Shown here: positions 1 to 13,032 of the stretch, piece by piece | Layout: each line of letters starts with the position of its first letter | How positions within the stretch are numbered: the first letter of the stretch is position 1 | From: Schmidtea polychroa | Taxonomy: Eukaryota | Direction: 5' to 3' | NCBI GenBank assembly: GCA_044892525.1 | Contig: CM097886.1 | Coordinates: 90,892,001-90,956,000, forward strand | DNA: 64,000 bases | Program-made: the position numbers and the translations under genes | Notes under the pieces: generated by a model | Databases searched by the model: none | Told to the model about the DNA's origin: nothing | What the model saw: only the letters and a program-made list of their open reading frames with translations

Positions 1-10
1 TAAAATCAGA

Positions 11-319
11 ATGATTTACCGCCACTCGGGCCAAGATTTCGAAAATGAGAGAAGATTTGAAAGTCAAACAGAAAACGGTAGAAAGAGATGGAGTGATTTC
101 GTTGACGAGATTACCACAAAATCAAAGAGCTTTTCCATTCACATCAATGAACATTTCCATATCCCAATTTATGTCAATGTAAAATGTTGCAGAGCCTTCA
201 ACAGCAGTATTGGCCAATTGCCATCATTGAAATTGAAAAATATTTATAACAGTGCAATAAAAAGTTGGATAATTAAATACGAAAAAATAATGGAAAATGT
301 TATGTGTGATTTTGATTGA
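11..319 (+). CDS. Probable terminal exon of a host gene of unknown function; paralog of 12625-13032
   Basis: The C-terminal ~65 aa align by eye with the ORF at 12625-13032 (FSIHINEHFHIPIYVNV..LPSLKL..W..KYEKIMENVMCDF vs LSMHDNENLKIPVYLNV..LPTLKL..W..KYGKMQENLLCNF). A CAG acceptor-like site lies just upstream. Confidence 0.55.
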   Translation: MIYRHSGQDFENERRFESQTENGRKRWSDFVDEITTKSKSFSIHINEHFHIPIYVNVKCCRAFNSSIGQLPSLKLKNIYNSAIKSWIIKYEKIMENVMCDFD

Positions 320-1097
320 TAAAGGCATGAAATATTGTTTTATATTTACCTTTATCAAATTTTCAAGAGTAAGATGAGCATGATTATGAAGCTATTTTTA
401 CAAAAAAAAGTTAAAAATTTTTTTAGCAATATTTATTTGAATATTTTTTGCTATTGTATTTATTTTACTTTTTAATATAATAAAGTTAAAAAATTAATTC
501 TCTCTTTTTAATATACTATAAGAAGATAATATGAACGTCACACTTTTTGTGATTGTGTTGGGTTGGGCTCGATAAAACAATAGACATAAGGGCTAATCAG
601 TAAATAATAGTTATTGTTATAAATAAACAATTACTATAAATAGAAATTAGGAATATATAAATACCATAAATAGATAAAAAAATTACTATAAATATAAATA
701 TTATATTATTTGTATAAATTAATTACTATATATAAACTATAAACTAAATATAGTAGTTGATAAAATAATATATATATATATATATGTTACAATTGTGAAA
801 GTAATTAAATAGAATTAGCATTCATTTTCCAGTTTTAAATAGATTTAAATAATATAATAAAAGTTGATAATAAAATTATAAATAAAAATAATAAATTAAA
901 TATATTTAAGAATGATTGAAAAGTAACATATAAAATATTTATTGAATGCTTGTGTACAAATATTCACTATTAAATTATTAACTCATGCTTGCGAAAATAT
1001 CATCAAAGCTAAAAAACAGAGATTGTTTAAATAAAAATATAGTTTTGTTTTTAAAATATTATGAATGTAATTAAATCAAGAAATCAAACATCTAATA

Positions 1098-1131
1098 TGG
1101 CGACCACGCCAGGACTCGAACCTGAAATCTT
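1098..1131 (-). tRNA. 3' half of a tRNA-Arg-like sequence ending in CCA (fragment/pseudogene or over-long PBS)
   Basis: Minus strand reads AAGATTTCAGGTTCGAGTCCTGGCGTGGTCGCCA: variable loop, T-arm with TTCGAGT loop, acceptor 3' strand and CCA. It resembles metazoan tRNA-Arg 3' halves. No anticodon or D arm upstream. Confidence 0.75.
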
Positions 1132-2426
1132 CCTTTGCCATTCTTGTTCTGGATTTTCTGTCATTATTGCCAAAAGAGAGATTTTTTTAAATATTTTTTG
1201 ATGAATCATCAGCTGGAGAACAAAACAAATTGGGCTGTTAGATAAAGTTATTCAATATTTATTTAAAATATTCCAAAAACTCAACATGCAATTGTAATAC
1301 TATTTATAGTACTTTCAATTACATAATTTACAAATGGGCATTATTAGTTTATGCGATATCATTGATGGAGATTACATGTATACATAATTCACTTAATTGT
1401 ACACAAACATTCATGCATCATTCATGAAACATCGGATTCATATTGACCAAGTTATATAATTAGTTTATGGTAAGTTATTATTATATCATCTTACACGAAC
1501 TTGAAAAAGGTTTTAAATAGAACAAATCCCTCGATTGTAGGAAATCGGTTTCAGAATATTAAGAAAACTTTGTAAGGATAAGGCAATATCTTTCTTAAAT
1601 ATGCATGTATATTGCAACGTCCTCCTCATATTCTGTGTTTTTGTGGTTATGAAAATTAATGTAAGAGTGATTGAGAATTGCGTACAAAGCAATAAAAATA
1701 TAAAAATACAAAAAGGTAAAATTTTTATCAATAATTATATTTATCAACATTATATTAAATTATCTGTATTTAAAATTTATATCAATTTATTTATAATTAA
1801 AATATTATTTAGACAGTAAAAAATAAAGTTTGTTTAAATAAAGCAGAAAACAAATGTTACAGAAAAGCTCCAGATAAATAAAATTAAATGAAAGAGACTA
1901 AAATCTTTGTCCTTTATGATCTTTCATAAAATTCGATTTACAATATCCAACTACCAACTTTCAATTATCTTTCTTCAGTCCAATCATTTGCAGAATCAAG
2001 ACAACCCGTCCTGTATACCGTTTCCAATCTGATCAGTGGAGAACTGATGATTATTATAAGTTCCCTCTCTGAAAACTGTTATAATAAATTAAATTAAAAT
2101 TAAAAAAATATTTAAAAATTTGAAGATTCAATTTATAACATATTTTGAACCTGTCAGCTTAAATTTAATTATTTTATTATATTCATAATTTTTTGCTTCC
2201 AGTATAAAGATAATTTAATTTGAAAATGATTGAAGAAGATAAAGCCCTATAAAAGGAGTGAAAAACATAGTTGAAATGCTTTAACAGTCGAAGTAAGGAA
2301 GTAAAAGACCAAAATTACAAAACCTACATCCACAAAGGTTTTTCGTAGGCTACATGAGATTTGTTCAGCCTAAGGCGGTTACTTATAGGGTTTGTTATAT
2401 TATAGTTTTTGATTATTTGATTTGTG

Positions 2427-3119
2427 TGTGGTACGAATTTGTTATGTTTGGACGCTGTTGTTTGATGGGAAATTTGAAGAGCCCGAAAGAGTCTCCGTTA
2501 AAACTTGTGGCGGGACAATCGGGGTGCGTGCTGTGTACTAATAAAGTAATTACAGATAAAATAAAAATAATAATGAACAATAATATTTAGTGAAATAGAA
2601 CTTTTATTCAAATACAAATTTTAAAACCTTGAGTTCGGAGGTAGACTGTAATCTTGTTAGCTTTTACGGCCTTTGAGTTTTCTTTTTTAATATTAAGCAG
2701 CCTTCAGTTTATTTATGATCGGTTTATTTATTTTCCGTCTCTAGAGCTATCTTTTGATATTCTACTGTCTTCAAATTCTTTGTGTTACCTTCGAATTTTC
2801 TTTTTTAAAATTAAGCAGCCTTCAGTTTATTTATTATCAGTTTATTTATTTTCCGGCTCTAGAGCTATCTTTTGATATTCTACTGTCTTCAATTTCTTTA
2901 TGTCCTTTCTTTTAATAAAATTTCGAACAATGATTTCTTTTCTTTAATCTTCCTTTTAGAATTATTTTGATATATTATTTGTCCGTAGTTTTTTATTGAT
3001 TTTTTTTAAATTTTCAATTTACTATAGCGATAATTCACTATAGTAAATTATCGCTATATAGTTTCTTTTTGAAAATCTGGATTTCCCAGATGGTGACAAT
3101 TTATATTTTAGTATTCACA
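2427..3119. mobile_element. Possible solo LTR or repeat containing an internal ~100-bp tandem duplication
   Basis: Begins TGTGGTAC and ends GTATTCACA. The block taagcagccttcagtttattta...ctagagctatcttttgatattctactgtcttcaa occurs twice (~2694 and ~2813). Confidence 0.35.
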
Positions 3120-4559
3120 ATTCCTAATTGTGAACACTAAAATACAAGTAAAAATAACTATACATTACAGGGTTCAATTGCAGAGTTTTCAGCATATTTT
3201 ATCCTTAACTAATCTTTGCAATGGATTTTTGAACGCGTTGTGTAGTATTCAACATTCTGTTTCGTATAAGAATGGTAATGATTCGTGTGCTTTCCCCAGT
3301 GTTCTTGATAATAACTAGTTTTGTTTTTTGATGAGATCATTAAGTAGTACTCTGAATGTTCTAAGTGTTTCCCTTATGTACGTTGCGTAAAGTCTTGGGA
3401 AAGTGATTTGATATACAATGTTTTTCGAAATGCAAAAACATTTAATATAGGAGCGACTTAGACAATCTTAATGAAATGGGTATGATGTTGAGGATTTTCG
3501 AGATTTTCGAAGTTATGATTTGAAAGGCACAGTGGTGGTGTATTCATTTAAAAAGTATATCTCTATCCATTTTTTAAAAGACGTATTTTAAAGTTTTTAA
3601 GTGTTTCTTTGTTTTTTGGTATGTCAGAAAAGTTATTTATTGATATTTTCTAATAATAATAGTTACAACAATTGGTTCCATCTATAGATTTATTATTATT
3701 AACACAAAGTGATCACTCTTTAACAAGGCTGCGCACAATAATATTGTTAAAATATTGCAATATATTTTTATTACAATACAATTTTGCAATATATTTTTAT
3801 TACAATACAATATATTGCAATATATTTTTATTTCAATACAATATATTGCAATATATTTTAATTACAATACAATATATTGTATATATCAAGTAATGATTTG
3901 GTTGATTCGATTTTAATGTTCCATACACAAACATATAATTGAACATTTCTCAAGCTGACAGCTTTCGCCAAATTATTAAATTAGACTTTAAATTAATTAC
4001 TAACCATGATAATTTTAATTTTTGAAACAACATATTAAAACTAAAGTATTTTATATTAAAAATAGTTTATTTTCATTATTACTGATGATAAAAATTTTAA
4101 ACATAATTTCTTATAAATTAATTTCCAATAAAAATATTTCATAAAACTTAAGTGAAAATATTTCAATTAATAGGTACTTAATTGAAAAAATATGTGTTTA
4201 TTTTATAAAAAAGATTTATAAGACAGACCTGATAGAGATTGTTAATGTATGATCTGATTCTATAGTATGATCTCATTAACTTATTGAATTGTTAACTTGT
4301 TGTTGTTAGAAATTTGTTGAAACCAACAGAGTCACTTGTAAAAAAGTGATATTATATGCTTGTTTGTATAATATATAATATAAAAGCAAATAACAATAAC
4401 AAAATCAAATTGCTTAATTAACACAAATTGAAAAATTACTTACAATGTTTCAAATTTAGTTCATAAGCATAATATATGACAAAAGTTCAGAATAGATAAG
4501 GGGTATAAAATAATCTCTAATTTCTCTAGCGATTATAAACTACACGGTTTTCTTTTAAG

Positions 4560-4896
4560 GTTTCTTGGTAATTGGTATGTGATCTGGCGGAGTTCTGATT
4601 TGGTGGTGCCCCATCCATCTACTGGTGTGGTCAGTATGACGACATAGTTACTATGGTCAATATGTTAAATCATCAGCACATGTGGTCAGTTAGCAACCAG
4701 TGACTACAATAGTGAGACCGTAGTTATCATAGGTGTGTGGTCAGTATGAAAGTTATGAAACCATGATCATGAATCATCAGTATGTGTGGTCAGTTAGCAA
4801 CCAGTGTAGTGCATGTCGGCACGTGTTATGGCGTAATGTACACGTACAGTGTTGGTTATTATGTAATAATATTATGTAACAGCAGTACCCCTCCCT
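4560..4896 (-). mobile_element. Probable LTR remnant with PPT nested inside the hAT (left boundary uncertain)
   Basis: On the minus strand a purine tract AGGGAGGGG (4888-4896) is followed shortly by TGTTACA. Internal diverged duplication of gtgtggtcagt...tagcaaccagtg units. Confidence 0.35.
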
Positions 4897-5099
4897 ATTG
4901 TGTATCTGACGGGCTCACATCTTATAACTCACATTCACCCTTATTATTCCATAAATGCTGTAAAAAATAGATATTTTCGGGGATTAATAAATTTTATTTG
5001 TTAGTTAATTACTTAATAATAAAACTCACATTTTATTGAACTAATTCCAAATTTTTATTAATAAATATCTAAAAATCCTGTAAAAAGTAAATATAAATA

Positions 5100-6280
5100 A
5101 TTTATAATAAAAAATGTTGATAGAAAGTAATATTTAAGAGCTTGAATAATGATCTCATATCTATATGGATCAAAATCCAAGCCTTATAGTTTAATTTACA
5201 TAAAAAAATTACTTGAAAGTCATTTCTAAAATGACTAAAATAGTTAAACTTATAAATAAACAATTTCATCACAAATGGTAAGGCATTTATAATTGATTGT
5301 ACACAACCTACATGGGCGTCCGCAAAGAGAGGCACATCTTCATTCCTTGTCTCTGGTTTTCATTAGTTTATTTATCTTTTCGTGGCTCCAACTTGTACCA
5401 CATCTCTATAAGTTCTTTCCCAGTTGTAGGTCGTATTGATCTCACAGTGTTTACTTGTTCAATAACCTTGTTAACTTTTTCTATCTTCTTTTTAGTTTCT
5501 TTAATCTGTTCCGCCGTTTTCAGATCTTTCATTTCGATTTCTTTTCTGATTTCTTTATCTTTTATGCAATATTGAGCGTGAAAATCAGCATTAAAGCTTG
5601 TCTCATCAAATAACGGTGCAAAGGCCAAAAGGTGCATAACTGGAGCATCTTCTCTTTCTTTTCCTGTGAAGACAATAAAAATACCAATGAAGTGTGTAGA
5701 ATTTTCAGACCATCCGTCAAATACTAGTGCATAACAAGGTGCTTCTTTAGCTTGGAGAGAAATCTTTTTTTCTACTTTGTCTGCTACCTTAGACATATAC
5801 TTTTTTAGTGTTTTGTCGGAAATAGATTCAAGATTTGTATTTGCACGAGTAAACTCTTTTTCACAAAAAATGAGTTCATGTTCATCCATTATGATCCATT
5901 CCATCCATTTGTAAATGTTTTTTTATCTAGTATCAAGCATGTACTCTAGAGTAATCTGTCGTCATGCAAGAGAAGGAACAATTTCTCGAGATTCGTTACT
6001 ATTTTAAATATCTTGGGAGTCAACTTCGGCACTAGTACTTTTACTTAAGTGGTACATATCAAGATAATTTTTGTGTTTCTGTTTGATATGGCTTATTAAG
6101 TTAGAGTAACCAAGTTTTATGTTCTGCTTACGAACATTTCCATGAATTGGTTACCGGATCTATAGGTGCTATGCCAAAATAAAGTTGGCATATTAATTTA
6201 GTTTCTGGAATTACAAAACGATTAGGGCATACACGTGAATTAAGCATGACGGCAACTTGATGAAATTTAAATAAATTGAT
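5100..6280 (-). pseudogene. hAT transposase remnant
   Basis: ORF 5368-5904 contains CYALVFDGWSENSTHFIGIF (first catalytic Asp region of hAT transposases). An upstream fragment GYSNLISHIKQKH is BED-finger-like. Stops and frameshifts are present. Confidence 0.75.
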
Positions 6281-7124
6281 TTTATTATTAATTTACTTTA
6301 AGTAATAATGTTCTGATATAAAAAGATACTATCAAGTGGTTAACTGTCTCAATATATGAAGACCAGCAGTGTTCAAACATATGTTTAGCTTATGAGTGAG
6401 GCAGTACTAGAATTTTCGATAAAGTAAGTGCTACTATCGAATTGACACTGCACAAATGTATGTGGGTATCTATAATAATACTGCAAAATTACCTTTTGAT
6501 TAGATTAAAAGTACAAAATTGGTTTGCAGTGAGAATTCGTTTTTCACCGTTTAGATCACTGGACCGTTCTGATATTTTATTCTTTGCACAAACGCGTCTG
6601 CAGGTAACTATTTGATAACAAATATATTTTAGAATAATTCGTAATAATTATTTATTATTTCAAATAATTTAAAAGTAATTAGTTCTATTAATTTAATACT
6701 CTCAAATGCAATTTAACTTATAAAAGAATTATCATTAGACTATAATATAACATAATAGTAAGCAATACAATACAAAAGATTGTTATTGTGGCCCAATACA
6801 ATACAAAATATTGTAATTGTGGCCCCTTACAATACAATATATGTTATTGTGGCCCAATACAATACAATATATTGTTATTGAGGTCTAATACAATACAATA
6901 TATTGTTATTGTAGCCCAATACAATACAATATATTGTTATTATAGCGCAATACAATACAATATATTGTTATTGCTCAGATAAGCAATATATTGTATTGTT
7001 AACAATATATTGCAATATATTGTCAGTACAATATATTGTTGCGCAGCCTTGCTCTTAAATAGTAATGTATATTGCGTTATAACTAACACATTGTATTGAA
7101 TTACGCAATATACTCTGAACTGCT

Positions 7125-10100
7125 TCACATTTGGTCCTTGGCCTCTAATGTAATATCATTACTCTCCCCTTCATAAGATTGATGCCATCTCTTTAACCAT
7201 TCGATTCGTCGATGCCGCGTCGTATCTGTATATTGCAATTCAACTTGATGATCTGAAAGAAATCTAAGAATTTTATATGGACCATCATATTGAATATCAT
7301 TTTTGTTTCTTCTATGTGGTTCTCGTCTTACTAGTACCTCCACCCCCACTTCAAAATGTCGTTTAATTCTTTTGCCTTTTTCGAATTTCCTCATCTTTTG
7401 CTCAGCTTGCTTGTTATTCTTTTGTGCTTCTTCCGAAATATCGTATACTTGATATTTGAGTCTAGAATTAGCGTGTAACTTTATTTTCCGCCCATATACT
7501 ATCTCAAATGGTGAATATTTTGTAGAACTTTAATAAGTTGCATTTATACTGAATTCAATTCGAGGCAACAGTTCGTGCCACTGTTTTTCAGCACAGCCCC
7601 CTTTCACCGTCGTCACAGGTAAATCTCTCATTGTTCTGATAGGTCTTTCCACTAAGACATTCTACTGATGTTGATATGGCGAGGCGAATTCTTGCTTTAT
7701 TCCAAGTTGTTCTAATTTTTTCTTAAAATATTTGCTTTCAAAATTTCGCCCTCTGTCTGTCAATATACTTTGAGGTTTACCATAGTTGTAAATCCAATTG
7801 TTCATTAGCGTCTTCAAAATAGTTTTTTCATCTTGGTTTGCTGTAGCCGTTAGACTTACTAATTTGCTAAACCTCTCAATAATAACGATAACATACATTT
7901 TGTCGGTTGAAGTTTTCTCCATGAAAGCAACATCCATCACAATCTGTTCTAGAAATTCAGAACTTTCGTGTGTAATTAAAATTTCCTTTGTCTTCCCTTG
8001 ATCTATTTTCCTTCTTGCACATGTGACACATTGTTTTACTATCTCTTTAACGGTTTCTTGCATTTTCGGCCCGAAAAAATTCCCTTCCAAATAATGAAAG
8101 AGTTTCTTAATTCCAACGTGACATAAATCTTCATGTATTTTAATCACTAATTTAGATTGATAGCTTTTTGGGATTATCACTAGATCTATTTTGTCTGATT
8201 CCAATACAAGCATATCATCCGATATCTTTAACCGATCTTTATATCTGAATAAAAAACTATTTAGAAACGATTTCTTCCGAACATCTATCTGATTTTTAAG
8301 AATTTGCATCACTTCCTGGAACAATTTATCTTCTGTTCTTCCATAATTTCTAATATTGTCTGTGTTTTTTTGTATCAAATTTATATATCTTACTCTTGAT
8401 CTTTCTTGTTTATGTTGTACATGTGCTGTCTGACACTGTGCACATAAACTACCCTCGATCCTTGATAATCCGTCTGCGTTTGCATGTTCTTCGCCTTTCC
8501 GGTATTTCAATTGGAAATCGTATTCCGATAGATTAGCCATCCATGTCTGAAATTGTGGACTTATTGCTGTTTTATTCTTGTTCATAAATACTAAAGCTTT
8601 GTGATCTGTTCGAGCCACGAATTCTTTCCCATATAAATACTGTCTAAAATATAAAACATATTCATGCAATGCCAATAACTCTTTCCTTGTTACGCAGTAT
8701 CCCTTTTCATGGGCCGTCAGATTTCTTGAACAGTATGCGATAACTATTTCTGAACGGTCTTCTTTTATTTGACTCAACACTGCTCCAATAGCTTCAAAAC
8801 TGGCATCAGTATCCAAAATAAATTTGCGGTCAAGAATAGGTGCTTGTGTTAAGGCTTCTTTAAGTTGTCTAAAACTGTTTTCACAATTTTCTGACTATTC
8901 GATTGCTTTATCACAACTTGACGCTGCTGCATGTAGGGGTGCTGCTATTTTAGCATAATCTTTGACAAATCGTCTATAGTAATTTGTCAAACCTAGAAAT
9001 GATCGAAATTGTTTAGCACACTGTGGTTTCGTCGCTTCTGTAATTGACTTGATCTTCTCTGAATTTGTCTGTATTCCATCTTCACTGACGATGTGACCAA
9101 AGACTTTTAATTTGGTTTTGTAAATTTTGCACTTCTCCGAATTTATTCTTAGTCCTGTTTTTTTTTATTCTTTTGAAAACTTCTCGCAATCGCTCATCAT
9201 TTACAGACTGGTCATTGCCATATACCAGAATATCGTCTAAATAAACAATTGCTCCATTAAAAAATATACCCTCTAACATCGTGTGCATTAATCGCTGAAA
9301 TGTTGCTGGAACCGTTGATAATCCAAATGGAAGTCGATTGAAACAAAATTGACCTTCTTTGGAACTAAAAGCCATTTTTCTTGTGCTTCTTCTGCTAATG
9401 CGACCTGATAGTATGCTTGTCCAAGATCTAAAGAAGAAAAGAATTTAGATCTTGATTGGTTATCGAGTAATTGGGATATGTTGGGCATAGGGAAAGATTA
9501 TCTTTCTGTCATCTTATTCAACTCTCGATAATCTACGCACATTCTTATTGAGCCGTCTTTCTTTCCTACTACAGCGTCTTATAACTCCAGTTTTTGTTAA
9601 CTCTTTTATCACATCGTCAATTTTCTGTTCTAGATACATCGGTTGTCGTCTTGGAAATTGCATTGTTGGATTCCCAGATGTATTAATTTCGTGCTCTACG
9701 ATTCTTGTGAATCCTAAATCAAATCTGGCTGCCATAAATATTGACCCGAATTCATCTAATAATTTGTTAATTGTTGGCAATTCATTTCTTCCCAATTACT
9801 TTTTTGCTTTTTGTCTTCTCTCGTCATCAGTATAATTGCTAATCTTTGTCTCGGATTCGATATTGTTAATTTCCATCAACTGAACTCCAAATGCTTTCAA
9901 AGTATCTATCCCACCAATAAAACCTGGAAATATATTTTTAATAACCATTATTTTGATGGTCCTCATCTTATTGTGCCAATAAACATTTACTTCTGTACAT
10001 CTCTGTGGTTTTTGAGTTCCTGGAAAAACTCCACATATTTTGATTTCACTGCTGCTTAAACGTGGACTGCCAATTTTATTCCATGTTTCCTCATTCATCT

Positions 10101-10278
10101 CTGTAATTGAAGCTCCAGAATCCCACAACATCTCAATCTCAACATCATTTATCATCATCTTGCTCCAATCTCTTCCATCTGATGTCGCATACCTCATTCC
10201 CTCTTTTCTGTCATTCCGATTTTCTTCCTTTACAACCCCATTGACGAAATGTACGCAATAGAGTTCCTCATGTTTTTT
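7125..10278 (-). pseudogene. pol: gypsy-1 pol (protease, RT, RNase H, integrase), frameshifted
   Basis: LWDSGAS protease, YLDD RT, DTDASFEAIGAVLSQ RNase H, HEDLCHVG..CVTC integrase zinc finger, ILTDRGRNFES core. Split over ORFs 9796-10197, 9514-9795, 9288-9488, 9082-9375, 7662-8816 and 7125-7394. Confidence 0.93.
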
Positions 10279-10375
10279 TCAGTTTCCACATCATAAATAG
10301 CATAATCATTAATTGATTCTCTTGTTTCTGCATCACCCGAGTAATTTCTTCCGTTTTCTTCGTCATGCACACAAG

Positions 10376-11395
10376 CTATATTTTCTTGTTCTCATAGTTC
10401 TGTTGTTCTTTCTTTCTTAATAAATAACAATCACCGAAATTATGCCCTCCAATACCACATATCAAACATTTATCTTTTAGTGGACATTCATATCTTCTGT
10501 GCCCATAATCTTCACAGCAAAAACATTGGCCTGACTGTAATTCGCCGTTTCTTGGATCAGGAAGGCCTCTAAATCGATTGTATAATCTCTTGGCAATGTG
10601 TTTAAGCGAAACCGTTGGTGTTCTTCTCTGAACATTTCGTTCGAATGTATGATTCATTTCGTTATTTCTGTTATACGAATTATCTGGTAAATTCTCTCTT
10701 CTGTAATTTCCTTGGCTTCTTAATACATTGGTGTTACTTACATTTGTTTCTCTTGTAAACGTTTCTGAATTTCTTCTCCTTGTTGCTTCCGCGTAACTAC
10801 TCTTCTTTATTACCAGGATTTCTTCCGTCTTTTCTTTTGATTCCACTTTTTCGTAAATTTTGGCCAGTTCTTCTGCTGTCATCGATGGTTTCATTGTTAG
10901 AGCATCCTTTAATCTTCTGTCTCTGACGCGTCCAGTTATAATTTCACTACCCTCATTCCTGAATTAATAACTTCACTCACTAATTTTAATACCCTGATTT
11001 TGAAGGTTGCATCTCTCATTTTCCTCTTGTCATATTGCAGCCAGTTCTTTAATCTTGTCTATTATAGTCAATTTAATTGTAAAGGTTTCGGAAAACCATT
11101 CTTTAGCTGCTTTATCTGCTGTGAAATATTTCCACAAAGTAGCCGATTCATCGCGAAGGAGAAAATCGAATGCTTCTGTCCTCTTCAAATGATTCCTAGC
11201 GATCCAATCATTAATTGCCTGTATCCATTTTTCAGCTTCCTTGGTACATCTGCCGCCGTATCTTCTAATTTCCATATCCAAGAGTTTTTGTGGACGTTTC
11301 GGTAGCGCGTCTCTTGCAGACTTTTTCCCTTTTCCTCGAGTCGTCATTTTGTGAGCATTTTGGGCGTGGTCGCCAGTTTCAACAATTGGTTCCAT
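10376..11395 (-). pseudogene. gag: gypsy-1 gag with two CCHC zinc knuckles, disrupted
   Basis: ORFs 11030-11395 and 10376-10894. CFCCEDYGHRRYEC and CLICGIGGHNFGDC knuckles. Homologous to gag at 58116-59231. Confidence 0.9.
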
Positions 11396-11554
11396 CTAAA
11401 GGTTTATTATTATTAACACAGAGTGATCACTCTTAAATAGTAATGTATATTGCGTAATAACTAATACATTGTATTGAATTACGCAATATACTCTGAACTG
11501 CTTCATATTTGGTCCTTGGCCTCTAATGTAATATCATTACTATAATAATAATAA

Positions 11555-12216
11555 TGTTGGGGTTAGTGCAAAAACCCAAAAAATTCATATATAAAAGTAA
11601 AGCATAACAAATAATGGTAAAATCAATAAAAGTGCAAAATTAATTAAAACTTACTAAAAATCAAAAATCAATATTGAACGGGCGTATCGGGTATGGTTGA
11701 ACGCCAATGGAAATTTAATAAGGTGTTCACAAGGAAAAGGTAATGCGAAAAAAAACAAATTAATTAAAATTAAATAATCAATAATGGAAAGCCCGAGTCA
11801 ATGGGAAACCCGAGCGCTGAAGGAAACCGATGCGCAGTGAAACCCGAGCAATAAGATAAGAGAGGGAATATTTTGAGCCCTAATCAAGGGTAAAACAGAT
11901 TAAAACAATCAAAAAACCCTCAAATATTGACTTAAGATAACCAGAAAAATAATTAAGTGCAATTCGATAGATAATTGGCCTCAATAGCCAGTATAAAAAG
12001 AGAGCTTAAAAATGAGCAAGCCGCCAGTCGGTCGAAGAAAGAAAAAGAGAAGAGAGAAGCGCAGAAACCAGGAGATCAGAGAAATGTGCAAATAGTGACA
12101 AAGTGTATTTGTGATAATGATTGAATAAAATTATTCTGCGTTGGGTTTGATTTATTTGGTTGAATAAGAACACGAGGAGTCAGACAGAGAACCGACTTTC
12201 AAATAAAAACTCAATA
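11555..12216 (+). mobile_element. Probable solo LTR inserted in the same (TAA)n tract
   Basis: Starts TGTTGGGGTT and ends AAAACTCAATA (imperfect inverted termini). TATA-like gtataaaaag near 11990 and AATAAA near 12125. Flanked by ataat repeats. Confidence 0.5.
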
Positions 12217-12624
12217 ATAATAATAATTTTAGCATGTCAGAGGAGAAATATACATGCCTGATGTTACACCAAATGGAAAGAAGTAAAAGGATTTTAATAA
12301 TAAATTATAAAAAGGATTTTTGCTCGAAACAATGCCACCTGGCTCCAAAACAGAACGAGACCTAATATATAATTTTTATAAATTAATTATTATTAATTAA
12401 TGATTCCAAATGCCTAATTTATTCGTCCAAAATCATAATTAGTAAATAGTAAATTATCACGCTTCCACTATCAGATGACAGATTTTCATGTATAAATATC
12501 TTTGGTAAAATCGCAATTTATTTGTTTACCTCGACACTTAAGCATGATGTTAGAGCTTTTATTATTTGTAAGATTATAATTATAATTATAATTATTAATT
12601 TTATTTTAATGAAACACGATGTAG

Positions 12625-13032
12625 ATGTATTTCTCTCAATCTACGCCATCAACATCAAACAAAATTGAACGTTTTGAGAATCTAAATAAACTGAGAGACA
12701 TTCGCAATATGATATTTATTCTTCACAGTCATTCCAATGGGAAAAATATCGGAAAATTGAGAAGGAATTACAACAGAAAAAATAGTTGCAATAGAGATTG
12801 TTTGTACTTATTTAGCGTTCCAATGAAAGAACTCTCGATGCATGACAATGAAAACCTAAAAATTCCAGTTTATTTAAACGTCCAGAAATGTTCTCATAAA
12901 TCGGGTCATGCTCAACTCGAAAAGTTACCGACTTTGAAATTATCTTCATCCTTAAATGTTATTACCCAAACTTGGTCTTTTAAGTATGGAAAGATGCAAG
13001 AAAACCTTTTGTGTAATTTTTATTTTATATAA
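12625..13032 (+). CDS. Probable terminal exon of a host gene; paralog of 11-319
   Basis: Preceded by TAG acceptor at 12622-12624 after an AT-rich intron-like tract. C-terminal homology to ORF 11-319. Confidence 0.55.
   Translation: MYFSQSTPSTSNKIERFENLNKLRDIRNMIFILHSHSNGKNIGKLRRNYNRKNSCNRDCLYLFSVPMKELSMHDNENLKIPVYLNVQKCSHKSGHAQLEKLPTLKLSSSLNVITQTWSFKYGKMQENLLCNFYFI

Larger units (their letters stand above)
3724..7051 (-). mobile_element. Decayed hAT DNA transposon inserted in the gypsy-1 3' LTR
   Basis: TIR CAAGGCTGCGCA at both ends. 8-bp TSD CTCTTTAA/CTCTTAAA. Dense subterminal caatacaatatattg repeats at both ends. Transposase remnants on the minus strand. Confidence 0.9.
3661..11541 (-). 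mobile_element. Ty3/gypsy LTR retrotransposon 1 (decayed), with its 3' LTR split by a hAT insertion
   Basis: 5' LTR 11375-11541. 3' LTR 3661-3723 plus 7052-7163. 5-bp TSD ATAAT (3656-3660, 11542-11546). PBS TGGCGACCACGCC (11363-11375). PPT at 7164-7172. Order is gag, PR, RT, RH, IN. Confidence 0.95.

Noticed and set aside
4620-4810. gtggtcagt repeats with spacers as a CRISPR-like array
   Set aside because: Repeats are short and unequal and form two diverged higher-order units, as in an LTR duplication. The context is eukaryotic and no cas genes are present.
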